From a virus (taxonomy: Duplodnaviria; Caudoviricetes), in the IMG/VR virus record IMGVR_UViG_3300044655_001017: 64,000 nt of DNA; one strand, given 5' to 3'. The translations under genes and the position numbers were made by a program. The first letter of the stretch is position 1. Each line of letters starts with the position of its first letter. Under the pieces are notes generated by a model. That model saw only the letters and a list, made by a program, of their open reading frames with translations, was not told the DNA's origin and searched no databases. This document shows, piece after piece, positions 8,338 to 17,174 of this stretch.

Positions 8338-9435
8338 ATGAAATTAAAACCTACTATTTGGATATTTGCTATTGAACCATTAGATACTCGGTATACTAAA
8401 CAATGGATCGAGCATATTCCATCACAACTTAAAGAACACGTTGGTGATTACAACATTGTACAAATTACTGGTGATCAACAAGACTCAGAAGTAACACCGG
8501 GTGCATTTTTAAACTTTATAGATACTAACATTTGGAAAGGATCACAGCTTGTTGGTTTTTTAAAAAACTATAAACGTACTACAACAGCTGACCATTTCTT
8601 ATTTACCGATGCATGGAATCCAGCAATTATAAACTTAAAGTACATTAAAGACTTAATGAGATTAAATTGGACATTTCACGGTTTGTGGCACGCTGGCAGT
8701 TACGACAAACACGATTTCTTAGGTTCAATTGATCACGGTTGGGTTAAACTAGCTGAAAAGAGTTATTATGCAGCATTTGATCATAATTACTTTGCAACTG
8801 AATTCCACGTGCGTATGTTTATGGAACAATTATTAAACAACGGAATGACTAGTGAAAATCCGTGGTTTGAAGAAGATTGGGATGAACGTTACGACGATGG
8901 TAAAATTGTACGCACTGGTTGGCCAATGGAATACTTAGCAGACGAACTAGCGCCGTATGCTAATAAAGAGAAACGTGATTTAATTGTATTTCCACATAGA
9001 GTTGCTAGCGAAAAACAAGTTGATATTTTTAAAGCATTAGCTCATCAATTACCACAATACGACTTTGTTGTATGTCAAGAACAAAAGCTAAGTAAAGATG
9101 AATATCACAACCTGTTAAGCGAAGCAAAGATCGTGTTTAGTGCTAACTTACAAGAAACATTAGGCATTAGTTGTTATGAAGGTGCGTTACTTGGTGCTAT
9201 TCCGATGGTTCCTGATAGATTAAGTTATAAAGAAATGTATATGTATCATTTTAAATATCCATCAGAATGGACTGCTAGTTATGCAGACTACGAATCACAC
9301 AGTTATGATTTGTGTAACAAAATTATCCATTACATAGAAAACTATAATGATATTGTACCATATGTTAAACAACAAGCCGATTACTTAGCACTGGAATTTT
9401 TTAATGCAGGAGATTTATATGACAAGTTTAAATGA
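8338..9435 (+). CDS. GT-B (GT4-like) glycosyltransferase
   Basis: FPHRVASEKQ, ETLGISCYE (E-x7-E nucleotide-sugar motif), GAIPMVPDRLSY, WHAGSYD. Confidence 0.85.
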   Translation: MKLKPTIWIFAIEPLDTRYTKQWIEHIPSQLKEHVGDYNIVQITGDQQDSEVTPGAFLNFIDTNIWKGSQLVGFLKNYKRTTTADHFLFTDAWNPAIINLKYIKDLMRLNWTFHGLWHAGSYDKHDFLGSIDHGWVKLAEKSYYAAFDHNYFATEFHVRMFMEQLLNNGMTSENPWFEEDWDERYDDGKIVRTGWPMEYLADELAPYANKEKRDLIVFPHRVASEKQVDIFKALAHQLPQYDFVVCQEQKLSKDEYHNLLSEAKIVFSANLQETLGISCYEGALLGAIPMVPDRLSYKEMYMYHFKYPSEWTASYADYESHSYDLCNKIIHYIENYNDIVPYVKQQADYLALEFFNAGDLYDKFK

Positions 9436-9835
9436 TACAATAACAACATCAGCTGGGTGTGATACTATTACATTTACGATGGATGGAGATCTACGTTACG
9501 GTATACCAGCTTTTGATACTATTACACTTAGTGACTATGTATCTAGTTCAACTGCTAGCGGAATATACAATGGAACAATGATGGGAACTGCTCCGTACAC
9601 AATTAGTAATTCTTCTACTATTGGAATTAATGGGGGTTCATCTTATTACACCGGCACTGGTGGTTATTGGAATCAATCATATAACGGTAAACCATTTGAA
9701 GATAACTTTCCAGAATGGAATGCATTTAGAGAGTTGTGTGATGAATATCCAGGATTAGAAAGAGCATATCAAAACTTAAAAACTTTTTATACTATGTGCC
9801 ATGCAGATAGTTTATTACCAAAGGACGATAAATGA
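9419..9835 (+). CDS. Hypothetical protein, Ser/Thr/Gly-rich with a helical C-terminal domain
   Basis: AGGAG RBS at about 9408 supports the ATG at 9419 (in frame with the listed 9404). Confidence 0.6.
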   Translation: MTSLNDTITTSAGCDTITFTMDGDLRYGIPAFDTITLSDYVSSSTASGIYNGTMMGTAPYTISNSSTIGINGGSSYYTGTGGYWNQSYNGKPFEDNFPEWNAFRELCDEYPGLERAYQNLKTFYTMCHADSLLPKDDK

Positions 9836-10362
9836 AAGTAGTAAAATACAGTTGGAAACAATTAGAAGGTGCGGCATTGGAGATTGCACGTCAAATACAA
9901 AAAGATAACTGGAAACCAGATTACATTGTTGGAATTACACGCGGTGGACTTATTCCTGCAAACTTACTTAGTCAGTATCTTGGAGTTAAGATGTTAACAT
10001 TACACGTTAGTTTACGTGATCATCCGGATGATAACGAACACAATGCATGGATGGCATGTGATGCATTTGGAATTACTGATGACGAACTAGCAAGTACCGG
10101 ACAAGCTAAAAACATCTTAATTGTTGATGACATAAATGACTCAGGTGCAACCCTTGCTTGGATTAAAGAAGATTGGCAATCATTGTGTTTACCAGATAAC
10201 ATACGATGGAAAAACGATGTTTGGCATAAGAATGTTAGATTTGCTGTAGTGTTTGATAATGCTGCTAGTAATGCACATGTTGATTATTGTGCTGAAGAAT
10301 TTGATAAACGAGACGATCCAATTTGGATCGACTTTCCATGGGAAAACTACTGGAAGAAATAA
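9832..10362 (+). CDS. Type I purine phosphoribosyltransferase (Gpt/XGPRT-like)
   Basis: GITRGGLIPA, PRPP-binding motif ILIVDDINDSGAT, C-terminal WIDFPWE typical of Gpt-like PRTases. Confidence 0.88.
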   Translation: MKVVKYSWKQLEGAALEIARQIQKDNWKPDYIVGITRGGLIPANLLSQYLGVKMLTLHVSLRDHPDDNEHNAWMACDAFGITDDELASTGQAKNILIVDDINDSGATLAWIKEDWQSLCLPDNIRWKNDVWHKNVRFAVVFDNAASNAHVDYCAEEFDKRDDPIWIDFPWENYWKK

Positions 10363-10694
10363 TGGAACTACACTCAATAGCTAAAAAACACGGTATACGA
10401 AGTATAGACGTTGAACAATATTATGCTACAGATGGTAATTATTCGTTAGATTGGTCAAGATCAAACCTGCCAAGCGAACGAGCAAACATTACAAGGTCGT
10501 TAACTGTTAAAATACACGAGAGAGATTTTATAACGTTAATTGACAACGCTGAAAAGTGTGAAGACTGGAATAAAAAATTTTATGAAGATATGTATGTTAG
10601 AGATTCTAATCCAACTGTTAAAGCAGCATACGAAAAATATCAAATGTTTTTAGAAATAGCAAGATCGGAGGTAAAAAATGACAGATTTAACTAA
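10362..10694 (+). CDS. Hypothetical protein
   Basis: TAATG overlap with the PRTase stop gives a start at 10362 (in frame with the listed 10323). Confidence 0.6.
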   Translation: MELHSIAKKHGIRSIDVEQYYATDGNYSLDWSRSNLPSERANITRSLTVKIHERDFITLIDNAEKCEDWNKKFYEDMYVRDSNPTVKAAYEKYQMFLEIARSEVKNDRFN

Positions 10695-10839
10695 AGAAGA
10701 ATTACAAGAAAAAATTGCACAAGTAAAACGTGATATTGCTAAACATAGCGATTCAAACAATCAACGTATGCTGTTAGGTTTGTCACAATATTTAGAATAC
10801 TTAGAAGACGACTTAAAAACATTGACAAACAAGCAATAG
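10678..10839 (+). CDS. Small coiled-coil hypothetical protein (53 aa, absent from the ORF track)
   Basis: GGAGGT RBS, then ATG 10678 (MTDLTKEELQEKIAQVKRDIAKH...) to TAG 10837-10839; fills the gap before folE. Confidence 0.65.
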   Translation: MTDLTKEELQEKIAQVKRDIAKHSDSNNQRMLLGLSQYLEYLEDDLKTLTNKQ

Positions 10840-10850
10840 TGTTGTATAAT
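10822..10850 (+). promoter_or_regulatory. Sigma70-type promoter for the folE-queE genes
   Basis: TTGACA (10822-10827), 17 bp spacer, TATAAT (10845-10850). Confidence 0.85.
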
Positions 10851-10876
10851 ACACACTTACAAATAGGAAATTAAAT

Positions 10877-11548
10877 ATGAGCTTTAATAAAACAAAAACC
10901 GATCTAGAATTAGGTTTAGCAATACATAATCATTTAGTAAGTTTAGGTGTAGAAACTCCAGTAACTGAAAAAATCTTAACAGCATCGGAAAAGATTAATA
11001 TCATTCAGGACAAGTTTTATGATATTATGGTAACATTAGGATTAGACTTAACAGACGATAGTTTAGCAGATACACCTAAACGTGTTGCAAAGATGTTTGT
11101 CAACGAAATATTTTGGGGCCTCGATTACGACGCATTTCCAAAGTGTACTACTATTCAAAATAAGATGGGATACAATGAAATGTTAATTGAACGCAACATT
11201 AACGTACAAAGTAACTGCGAACATCACTTTGTAGTAATTGACGGGTTTGCAACAGTAGGTTACATTCCAAAAGATGTTGTACTTGGATTAAGCAAAATTA
11301 ATCGCGTAGTTGAATACTTTGCAAAACGTCCACAAGTACAAGAAAGATTAACAGAACAAGTATTCCATGCATTGGCATACATTTTAGATACTGATAATAT
11401 TGCAGTAGTTATTGATGCAAAACACTATTGTGTTGCTGCAAGAGGTGTAGAAGATACAGGTAGCACTACTATTACTAGTAAGTTAGGCGGTGCATTTAAA
11501 AACGATCCAACTACTCGTGCAGAATTTATGAGTATTGTAAACAAATAA
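10877..11548 (+). CDS. folE: GTP cyclohydrolase I
   Basis: DTPKRVAKM, CEHH, GLSKINR, RPQVQERLT and HYCVAARGV motifs. Confidence 0.96.
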   Translation: MSFNKTKTDLELGLAIHNHLVSLGVETPVTEKILTASEKINIIQDKFYDIMVTLGLDLTDDSLADTPKRVAKMFVNEIFWGLDYDAFPKCTTIQNKMGYNEMLIERNINVQSNCEHHFVVIDGFATVGYIPKDVVLGLSKINRVVEYFAKRPQVQERLTEQVFHALAYILDTDNIAVVIDAKHYCVAARGVEDTGSTTITSKLGGAFKNDPTTRAEFMSIVNK

Positions 11549-11556
11549 GGAGAGTT

Positions 11557-12000
11557 ATGAAAGACTTAAAACCACAAATTCCAGCAGTAGGCATTATGAA
11601 AACAAGTGACTGGGGTAACAGTAAAATTTATAAAATTCAATGCACATGCGGCAACGACGATGATAGTATTGAGTTTATGGTTGAGGCAGATGATCTTAAT
11701 ATGATTACTGTAACTACATTTACAACGCAAAAAACTGCGTACTGGGATAGACCATTTGATGTTTCAAACACATACAAAATTAAAAATTCGTTTTTAAGCA
11801 GTATTGCATACGAAACATTGAGCTTTCTTAACGGGTTTCAGCATCGTATTAAAATGACATGGAATTTGTGGTTTAATGGTTATCTTAAATATCAGCAATC
11901 AACTATAATGACTGAACAACAGACATTAAACTATGCAGAAACATTGAAAGCTGCTATTAAAGATTGCAAAGATTTTCGTAAACAAGATAGGAACAATTAA
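11557..12000 (+). CDS. Hypothetical protein between folE and queE
   Basis: 147 aa, AAGGAG RBS, CxC motif (QCTCG), stop overlaps the queE start. Confidence 0.7.
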   Translation: MKDLKPQIPAVGIMKTSDWGNSKIYKIQCTCGNDDDSIEFMVEADDLNMITVTTFTTQKTAYWDRPFDVSNTYKIKNSFLSSIAYETLSFLNGFQHRIKMTWNLWFNGYLKYQQSTIMTEQQTLNYAETLKAAIKDCKDFRKQDRNN

Positions 12001-12839
12001 TGTTATTAAAAGTATCGGAATTATTTTACTCATTACAAGGCGAAGGGCGATTTATGGGAGTACCGTCCATCTTCTTACGTACATACGGTTGCAACTTTAA
12101 ATGCCAAGGGTTTGGCATGCCTAAAGGTGAACATAGTGTACAAGCAGATGCTATTGCTAATAACGGTGTGCAATATCATTCGTATGATGAGTTACCGTTA
12201 GTAACTACTGGCTGTGACAGTTATGCAAGTTGGCATCCAACGTTTAAACATCTAAGTCCAACTATGTCAATAGACGAAGTTGCAGCTAAAATGATTGAGC
12301 TGTTACCTAACAATGAATGGGGTGGTGTACACTTAGTTATTACAGGTGGCGAACCATTACTACCCGGTTGGCAAAAGATATATCCAGAATTACTAAGACA
12401 CCCATTATTAGCAGACTTAAAAAACATTACATTTGAAACTAATGGTACACAAGAACTGTTACAAGATTTTGAAAACTACTTATACATGGAAAGACGGTAT
12501 CAAACTACGTTTTCAGTTAGTCCTAAGCTAAGTGTAAGTGGCGAGCCTAGAGAAAAAGCTATACGTCCTGAGATTGTAACAGAATATCAATTTTCAGGTC
12601 ATAGTTCATTCTTAAAATTTGTAGTAGCATCCGAAGACGATGTAACAGAAGCACTTGAAGTAATGCAGCTATATAAAGACAACGGATTTAGAGGTGATAT
12701 TTACTTAATGCCAGTAGGCGGTGTAACTGATGTATACAATCTTAATAATCGACGAGTAGCAGAACTTGCATTAAAGCACGGATTGAGATACAGTGATAGA
12801 CTTCACCTCCCTCTCTTCGGTAACAACTGGGGAACATAA
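12000..12839 (+). CDS. queE: 7-carboxy-7-deazaguanine synthase (radical SAM)
   Basis: ELFYSLQGEG, FLRTYGCNFKC...GCDS, LVITGGEP, FETNG, SVSPK, YLMP and SDRLH motifs. Confidence 0.92.
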   Translation: MLLKVSELFYSLQGEGRFMGVPSIFLRTYGCNFKCQGFGMPKGEHSVQADAIANNGVQYHSYDELPLVTTGCDSYASWHPTFKHLSPTMSIDEVAAKMIELLPNNEWGGVHLVITGGEPLLPGWQKIYPELLRHPLLADLKNITFETNGTQELLQDFENYLYMERRYQTTFSVSPKLSVSGEPREKAIRPEIVTEYQFSGHSSFLKFVVASEDDVTEALEVMQLYKDNGFRGDIYLMPVGGVTDVYNLNNRRVAELALKHGLRYSDRLHLPLFGNNWGT

Positions 12840-13291
12840 TGTTTGAAAATTTTATAAAGAAAGTGTTTGGTGGTGAAAATCCAGAACTAAAACATCAACA
12901 AGAAGTACAAGCTGCAATTAAAGCTAAACAACAAGCTAAGGTTAAACCTAAACCTAAACCTAAAGCTAAAGCTAAAGAAAAGGTAATTGAAAAATTGCCA
13001 TTAACTGATAAAGAAAAAGCCACGTTAAGAAAAGAACCATGGGTTGATGTAATTGGATTTAAAGTTAATCCAAGTAACATTAGAAACGGTTTCTTTGAAA
13101 TTGATTGGAATGATTATTGGATTGAAAAATTAAAACAAGAGGGTTACGGGTTTGATGGTGATCCTGAAGAAGAAATAGTAGGTCGTTGGTACAGAGATAT
13201 TTGTATGAACGCTGCAGCCGTCGAAGGTGTTGATATATCAGATCAAGACTTCGGTTTCCTTAACGTGCAACGAGCAACAGGTAACAAATGA
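12839..13291 (+). CDS. Hypothetical protein
   Basis: 150 aa, Lys/Pro-rich linker then a globular domain (EPWVDV...GFFEIDWND); overlaps both neighbours. Confidence 0.7.
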   Translation: MFENFIKKVFGGENPELKHQQEVQAAIKAKQQAKVKPKPKPKAKAKEKVIEKLPLTDKEKATLRKEPWVDVIGFKVNPSNIRNGFFEIDWNDYWIEKLKQEGYGFDGDPEEEIVGRWYRDICMNAAAVEGVDISDQDFGFLNVQRATGNK

Positions 13292-14274
13292 CATTTATTT
13301 TAGTTGACACTTCAAACTTATTTTATCGAGCTAGGCATTCAGTGCAAGGCAATGCTGACTTAAAACTTGGTATGGCATTACACATTACATTTAATAGTGT
13401 TAAAAAAGCATGGCAAGACTTTGATGGTACACATGTAGTGTTTTGTTTAGAAGGACGCAGTTGGCGTAAAGACTTTTACGAACCATATAAACGCAATCGT
13501 GCAGAAACTCGAGCTGCTATGACAGTGCGTGAACAAGAAGAAGATAAACTTTTTTGGGAGGCATACGGTGATTTTACAACATTTTTAAATGAAAAAACTA
13601 ATTGTACCGTATTGCAACATTCACGTTTAGAAGCTGACGATTTAATTGCCGGATTTATTCAACTGCATCCGGAAGATAAGCACGTTATTGTTAGTACAGA
13701 TACTGATTTTCATCAACTAATTAGTGAATCTATTAGCCAGTATAACGGCGTAGCAGATCAACACGTTACACATACTGGTTATTACGATGCTAAGGGTAAA
13801 CCTGTAATTGATAAAAAAACAGGTGAACATAAAGTACCGTTTGATCCGGAATGGATATTATTTGAAAAATGTATCCGTGGCGATACTAGTGATAATGTGT
13901 TTTCAGCATATCCGGGTGCAAGAACTAAAGGTACTTCAAAGAAAATAGGATTAACTGAAGCATTTGAGGATCGCAACACAAAAGGATATGCATGGAATAA
14001 CTTCTTATTACAAAAATGGACTGATCATAATGGTCAAGAACATCGAGTTTTAGATGATTACGAACGAAATCGCGTATTAATCGACTTAACTAAACAGCCA
14101 GAAGACATACGTACAATTATCAACGAAACTATTAGTAATAATTCTAAGCCAAAGTGTATTACACAAGTTGGTTCACGAATGATTAAATTTTGCCAGTCAT
14201 ATGATATGAAAAGAATGATTGATAATATTCAAACATTTGCAGAACCTTTTCAAGCAAACTATCCAACAACATAA
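13288..14274 (+). CDS. rnh: RNase H / 5'-3' exonuclease (T4 Rnh, FEN-like)
   Basis: ILVDTSN, LEADDLIA, STDTDFHQL and GDTSDNV acidic FEN motifs. Confidence 0.9.
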   Translation: MTFILVDTSNLFYRARHSVQGNADLKLGMALHITFNSVKKAWQDFDGTHVVFCLEGRSWRKDFYEPYKRNRAETRAAMTVREQEEDKLFWEAYGDFTTFLNEKTNCTVLQHSRLEADDLIAGFIQLHPEDKHVIVSTDTDFHQLISESISQYNGVADQHVTHTGYYDAKGKPVIDKKTGEHKVPFDPEWILFEKCIRGDTSDNVFSAYPGARTKGTSKKIGLTEAFEDRNTKGYAWNNFLLQKWTDHNGQEHRVLDDYERNRVLIDLTKQPEDIRTIINETISNNSKPKCITQVGSRMIKFCQSYDMKRMIDNIQTFAEPFQANYPTT

Positions 14275-14276
14275 CT

Positions 14277-14477
14277 ATGAAAAAGATTACATTACAAAAA
14301 GAAGAACTAATCGAAATACTAGCAGTATTAGACAAATTCCCAGAAGTAGAAAAGATTGATATATCGTATGATAACAATAGTGGTATTGGTTACTTACTTA
14401 ACATATCGTTTCCGTATGTAGTAAATGGGGTTGCTACTACTCAAACTGTTGAAATTACCGGTGTAGATCAATGGTAG
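14277..14477 (+). CDS. Hypothetical protein
   Basis: 66 aa in a tightly packed operon. Confidence 0.6.
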   Translation: MKKITLQKEELIEILAVLDKFPEVEKIDISYDNNSGIGYLLNISFPYVVNGVATTQTVEITGVDQW

Positions 14478-14956
14478 AAATTGAATTACACGCTAAACCT
14501 ATAATAGATGGCAAATTTTGGATCGTAGAACAAGACGGTTTAAAGGTTGCTACTTTGCACAAGAAAGAAAACAACAAATACGTGTTAAGTAACACAGACG
14601 GTGAAATACTTTTTAATAAAAAAGAAGAAATAACCAATCAATTTGGATCTAATTTCTTTTTAAACAAACATAATATAAAAGTATCAGCAGTAGACACAAA
14701 TGAATGTTACGGGTATCCAACAAGTTGTAAACCGTATAATGCGGTATATGACGTTAGACGCAAGTTACCGCTATTTACTAAAAGTGATCAAAGTAAAAGT
14801 TTATATTGCGCCGGATACTATACAATTAAGTTTGAAAAAGGTTGGGTTAAGAGTTTCTGTCCTAAGGTAATTACTATTGAAAGAAATGAACATAAAGGCC
14901 CGTTTAAAACAGAATTTGAAATGAAACAGGTATTATCAAATGCAAAAACAGATTAA
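14471..14956 (+). CDS. Hypothetical protein
   Basis: 161 aa, overlaps neighbours, phage-like codon usage. Confidence 0.7.
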   Translation: MVEIELHAKPIIDGKFWIVEQDGLKVATLHKKENNKYVLSNTDGEILFNKKEEITNQFGSNFFLNKHNIKVSAVDTNECYGYPTSCKPYNAVYDVRRKLPLFTKSDQSKSLYCAGYYTIKFEKGWVKSFCPKVITIERNEHKGPFKTEFEMKQVLSNAKTD

Positions 14957-15188
14957 CACATCTCCTATTACCCAGTTTGCTCAATTGTTACGTGCAACTG
15001 AGCTTTCTCAGCAAAAAGAAGTTAAAATCCCAATTCATCAAGCTAGATTACTTAACTTAGCGTTAACTGAAATGTTAGATCAACTACATCAAGACTATAC
15101 ACTGTTGCTTGAGACATTACAACAGAAAGACAATGCTGAAGTTATTACTGTGCAATTTGACGGTGGAAGTTTTAGCGACAAAGAATAA
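14940..15188 (+). CDS. Hypothetical helical protein
   Basis: 82 aa in operon context. Confidence 0.65.
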   Translation: MQKQINTSPITQFAQLLRATELSQQKEVKIPIHQARLLNLALTEMLDQLHQDYTLLLETLQQKDNAEVITVQFDGGSFSDKE

Positions 15189-15189
15189 C

Positions 15190-15197
15190 GATAAATA
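15190..15197 (+). promoter_or_regulatory. Putative late promoter (GATAAATA)
   Basis: Intergenic GATAAATA 23 nt before the ATG at 15221; same octamer as upstream of a structural gene (35798-35805); resembles the T4 late consensus TATAAATA. Confidence 0.45.
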
Positions 15198-15220
15198 CAC
15201 GTAGTTAATAGGGGGACTAT

Positions 15221-15496
15221 ATGTCACGACCAAAACCGCGTGTATTATTAGAACATCTTGATCCAAACACTCTTCAATTAGATCAAATTTTAGAAGCAGA
15301 CGCTATATGGGCAGTTGTTTATAAGGATGAGCCGTTTAATTTAAAAACAAGTTTAAACCAAAATGACTCTAAATATAAAAAATCGTCCTTTTCAAATCCA
15401 GGACATGCGCACAGTTTAGCAGCTAAGTTAAATAGTATGTTTAACTGCAGCGATTTCACTGTTGTAAAGCTAACTAAAGGGGTTACAGTGCGATGA
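15221..15496 (+). CDS. Hypothetical protein
   Basis: 91 aa with a GGGGA RBS. Confidence 0.7.
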   Translation: MSRPKPRVLLEHLDPNTLQLDQILEADAIWAVVYKDEPFNLKTSLNQNDSKYKKSSFSNPGHAHSLAAKLNSMFNCSDFTVVKLTKGVTVR

Positions 15497-15876
15497 TTCC
15501 AAGAGATACACTAACACGTATATTTTTAGACCAATGGGGTAAATGTTCTGATGACACTAACGTGAAGTTATATTCACGTAAATGGTGGCAATCATCACGA
15601 GTAGGAAAACAAACAGCTTATAGATTAAGCGATGATGGCTTTGAGTTCTTAACTAACGCATTAGAACTCAAATCATACGAAATCCCATTTACAGATACAA
15701 TTGAGATAAGTCCGCAGACTATTGTGTTCTTAGAACGGTATTTAGATTGTCCTTATTACTTAACATATAAAAGTATAACAGTGTTCTCAGAACGCAAATG
15801 CGTTGAACTATATTTCTTTTCAGATGACATACGACGATTTGGATTAGCAAAAGCAATGAAAGAACGAACTTCTTAA
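15493..15876 (+). CDS. Hypothetical protein
   Basis: 127 aa, ATGA overlap with the upstream gene. Confidence 0.7.
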   Translation: MIPRDTLTRIFLDQWGKCSDDTNVKLYSRKWWQSSRVGKQTAYRLSDDGFEFLTNALELKSYEIPFTDTIEISPQTIVFLERYLDCPYYLTYKSITVFSERKCVELYFFSDDIRRFGLAKAMKERTS

Positions 15877-15889
15877 TTAAAAATAAGTA

Positions 15890-15917
15890 TTGACGTTTGC
15901 TAAAAATACTGTATAAT
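15890..15917 (+). promoter_or_regulatory. Sigma70-type promoter
   Basis: TTGACG (15890-15895), 16 bp spacer, TATAAT (15912-15917), upstream of the AAA ATPase. Confidence 0.65.
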
Positions 15918-16012
15918 ATGCTACATAGTTTGTTAGCAACACAACATATTAACACTGCTACAAGTTATTTAATTTACTTTTTCTTTTTTACTAACCTATG
16001 AGGTAATAATTT

Positions 16013-17104
16013 ATGAGCAACAACATCGCATCACGTACAGTCGGCCCAAAAGGCGCTAAAAAATCTTTACGCAAAGCGTTTAGCAGTAAACGTCCATTGT
16101 TTATTTGGGGACCTCCAGGAATTGGTAAATCAGACATTATTAAACAACTTGGTACTGAGTTAAATGCTCATGTTACTGACGTGCGTTTAAGTTTATGGGA
16201 GCCAACAGACATTAAAGGTATTCCATACTTTGATTCAGTAGACCAAACAATGGTATGGGCTCCACCATCAGAGCTGCCTAGCAAATCATTTGCTGAAAAA
16301 CACAAAATGATTATTTTGTTCTTAGATGAGATGAATTCTGCTGCACCAAGTGTACAGGCTGCTGCTTATCAACTTATTTTAAATCGTCGCGTAGGACAAT
16401 ACGAATTACCAGACAACGTTGTTATTGTTGCTGCTGGTAACAGAGAAACAGACAAAGGTGTTACTTATCGCATGCCAGCTCCATTAGCCAACAGATTTAT
16501 CCACTTAGAAATGGCTGTTGAATGGGATGACTACTTTGAATGGGCTACAGACAACAATGTACATCCAGATGTTGTTGGTTACTTAACTGCTTGCAAAAGT
16601 GATTTATACACCTTTGATTCAAAATCAGCAGATAGAGCATTTGCTACACCACGTTCATGGAGCTTTGTTAGCGAGTTGTTAACAGATGGCGACACTGACT
16701 CAGATACATTAGCTGACTTAGTTGCTGGTTCAATTGGCGAGGGTCTTGCTATTAAATTTATGGCACACAGACAGTTTTCAAGTAAACTTCCTGATCCACG
16801 CGCTGTACTTGACGGTAAAATTACACATTGCGAAACTAAAGAGATTTCAGCAATGTATTCACTAACTGTTAGTATGTGCTACGAGTTGAAAGAACTTTTC
16901 AACAAAAAATCTCCTAACAAAAACACAGCAATGAACAATTACTTTTTGTTTATGATGAACAACTTTGAAACTGAAATTGCAATTATGGGTACTAAACTTG
17001 CGTTATGCTCATACAAATTGCAAATTGATCCAGACGACATTGCGTGCTTTGATGATTTCCACAGCAAGTACGGCAAATACATTACTGCTGCAAGCGGTCA
17101 GTAA
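16013..17104 (+). CDS. MoxR-like AAA+ ATPase
   Basis: Walker A GPPGIGKS, Walker B ILFLDEMN, sensor AAGNR, PLANRF and TPRSW motifs. Confidence 0.9.
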   Translation: MSNNIASRTVGPKGAKKSLRKAFSSKRPLFIWGPPGIGKSDIIKQLGTELNAHVTDVRLSLWEPTDIKGIPYFDSVDQTMVWAPPSELPSKSFAEKHKMIILFLDEMNSAAPSVQAAAYQLILNRRVGQYELPDNVVIVAAGNRETDKGVTYRMPAPLANRFIHLEMAVEWDDYFEWATDNNVHPDVVGYLTACKSDLYTFDSKSADRAFATPRSWSFVSELLTDGDTDSDTLADLVAGSIGEGLAIKFMAHRQFSSKLPDPRAVLDGKITHCETKEISAMYSLTVSMCYELKELFNKKSPNKNTAMNNYFLFMMNNFETEIAIMGTKLALCSYKLQIDPDDIACFDDFHSKYGKYITAASGQ

Positions 17105-17115
17105 TACCAAAACAG

Positions 17116-17144
17116 TTGACACCGCCGCAAGGCGGTGTTATACT
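17116..17144 (+). promoter_or_regulatory. Sigma70-type promoter whose spacer is a GNRA hairpin/palindrome
   Basis: TTGACA (17116-17121), 17 bp spacer, TATACT (17139-17144); ACACCGCC-GCAA-GGCGGTGT at 17119-17138. Confidence 0.7.
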
Positions 17145-17174
17145 TTGTACTTTATAATTATGCAGGAGTAATTC

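Noticed and set aside
5050-12839. Claim that the phage lacks queC and canonical queD
   Set aside because: Absence is shown only for this 64-kb window; the genes could lie elsewhere in the genome or be supplied by the host.
23-15955. Short - strand ORFs in the replication block (e.g. 23-277, 3915-4124, 5238-5504, 12221-12427)
   Set aside because: Each is entirely or mostly antisense to well-supported + strand genes.
15896-15965. Short inverted (TTGCTAA/TTAGCAA) and direct (TGCTACA) repeats around the AAA promoter
   Set aside because: 7-bp matches in AT-rich DNA can arise by chance; too weak to call an operator.
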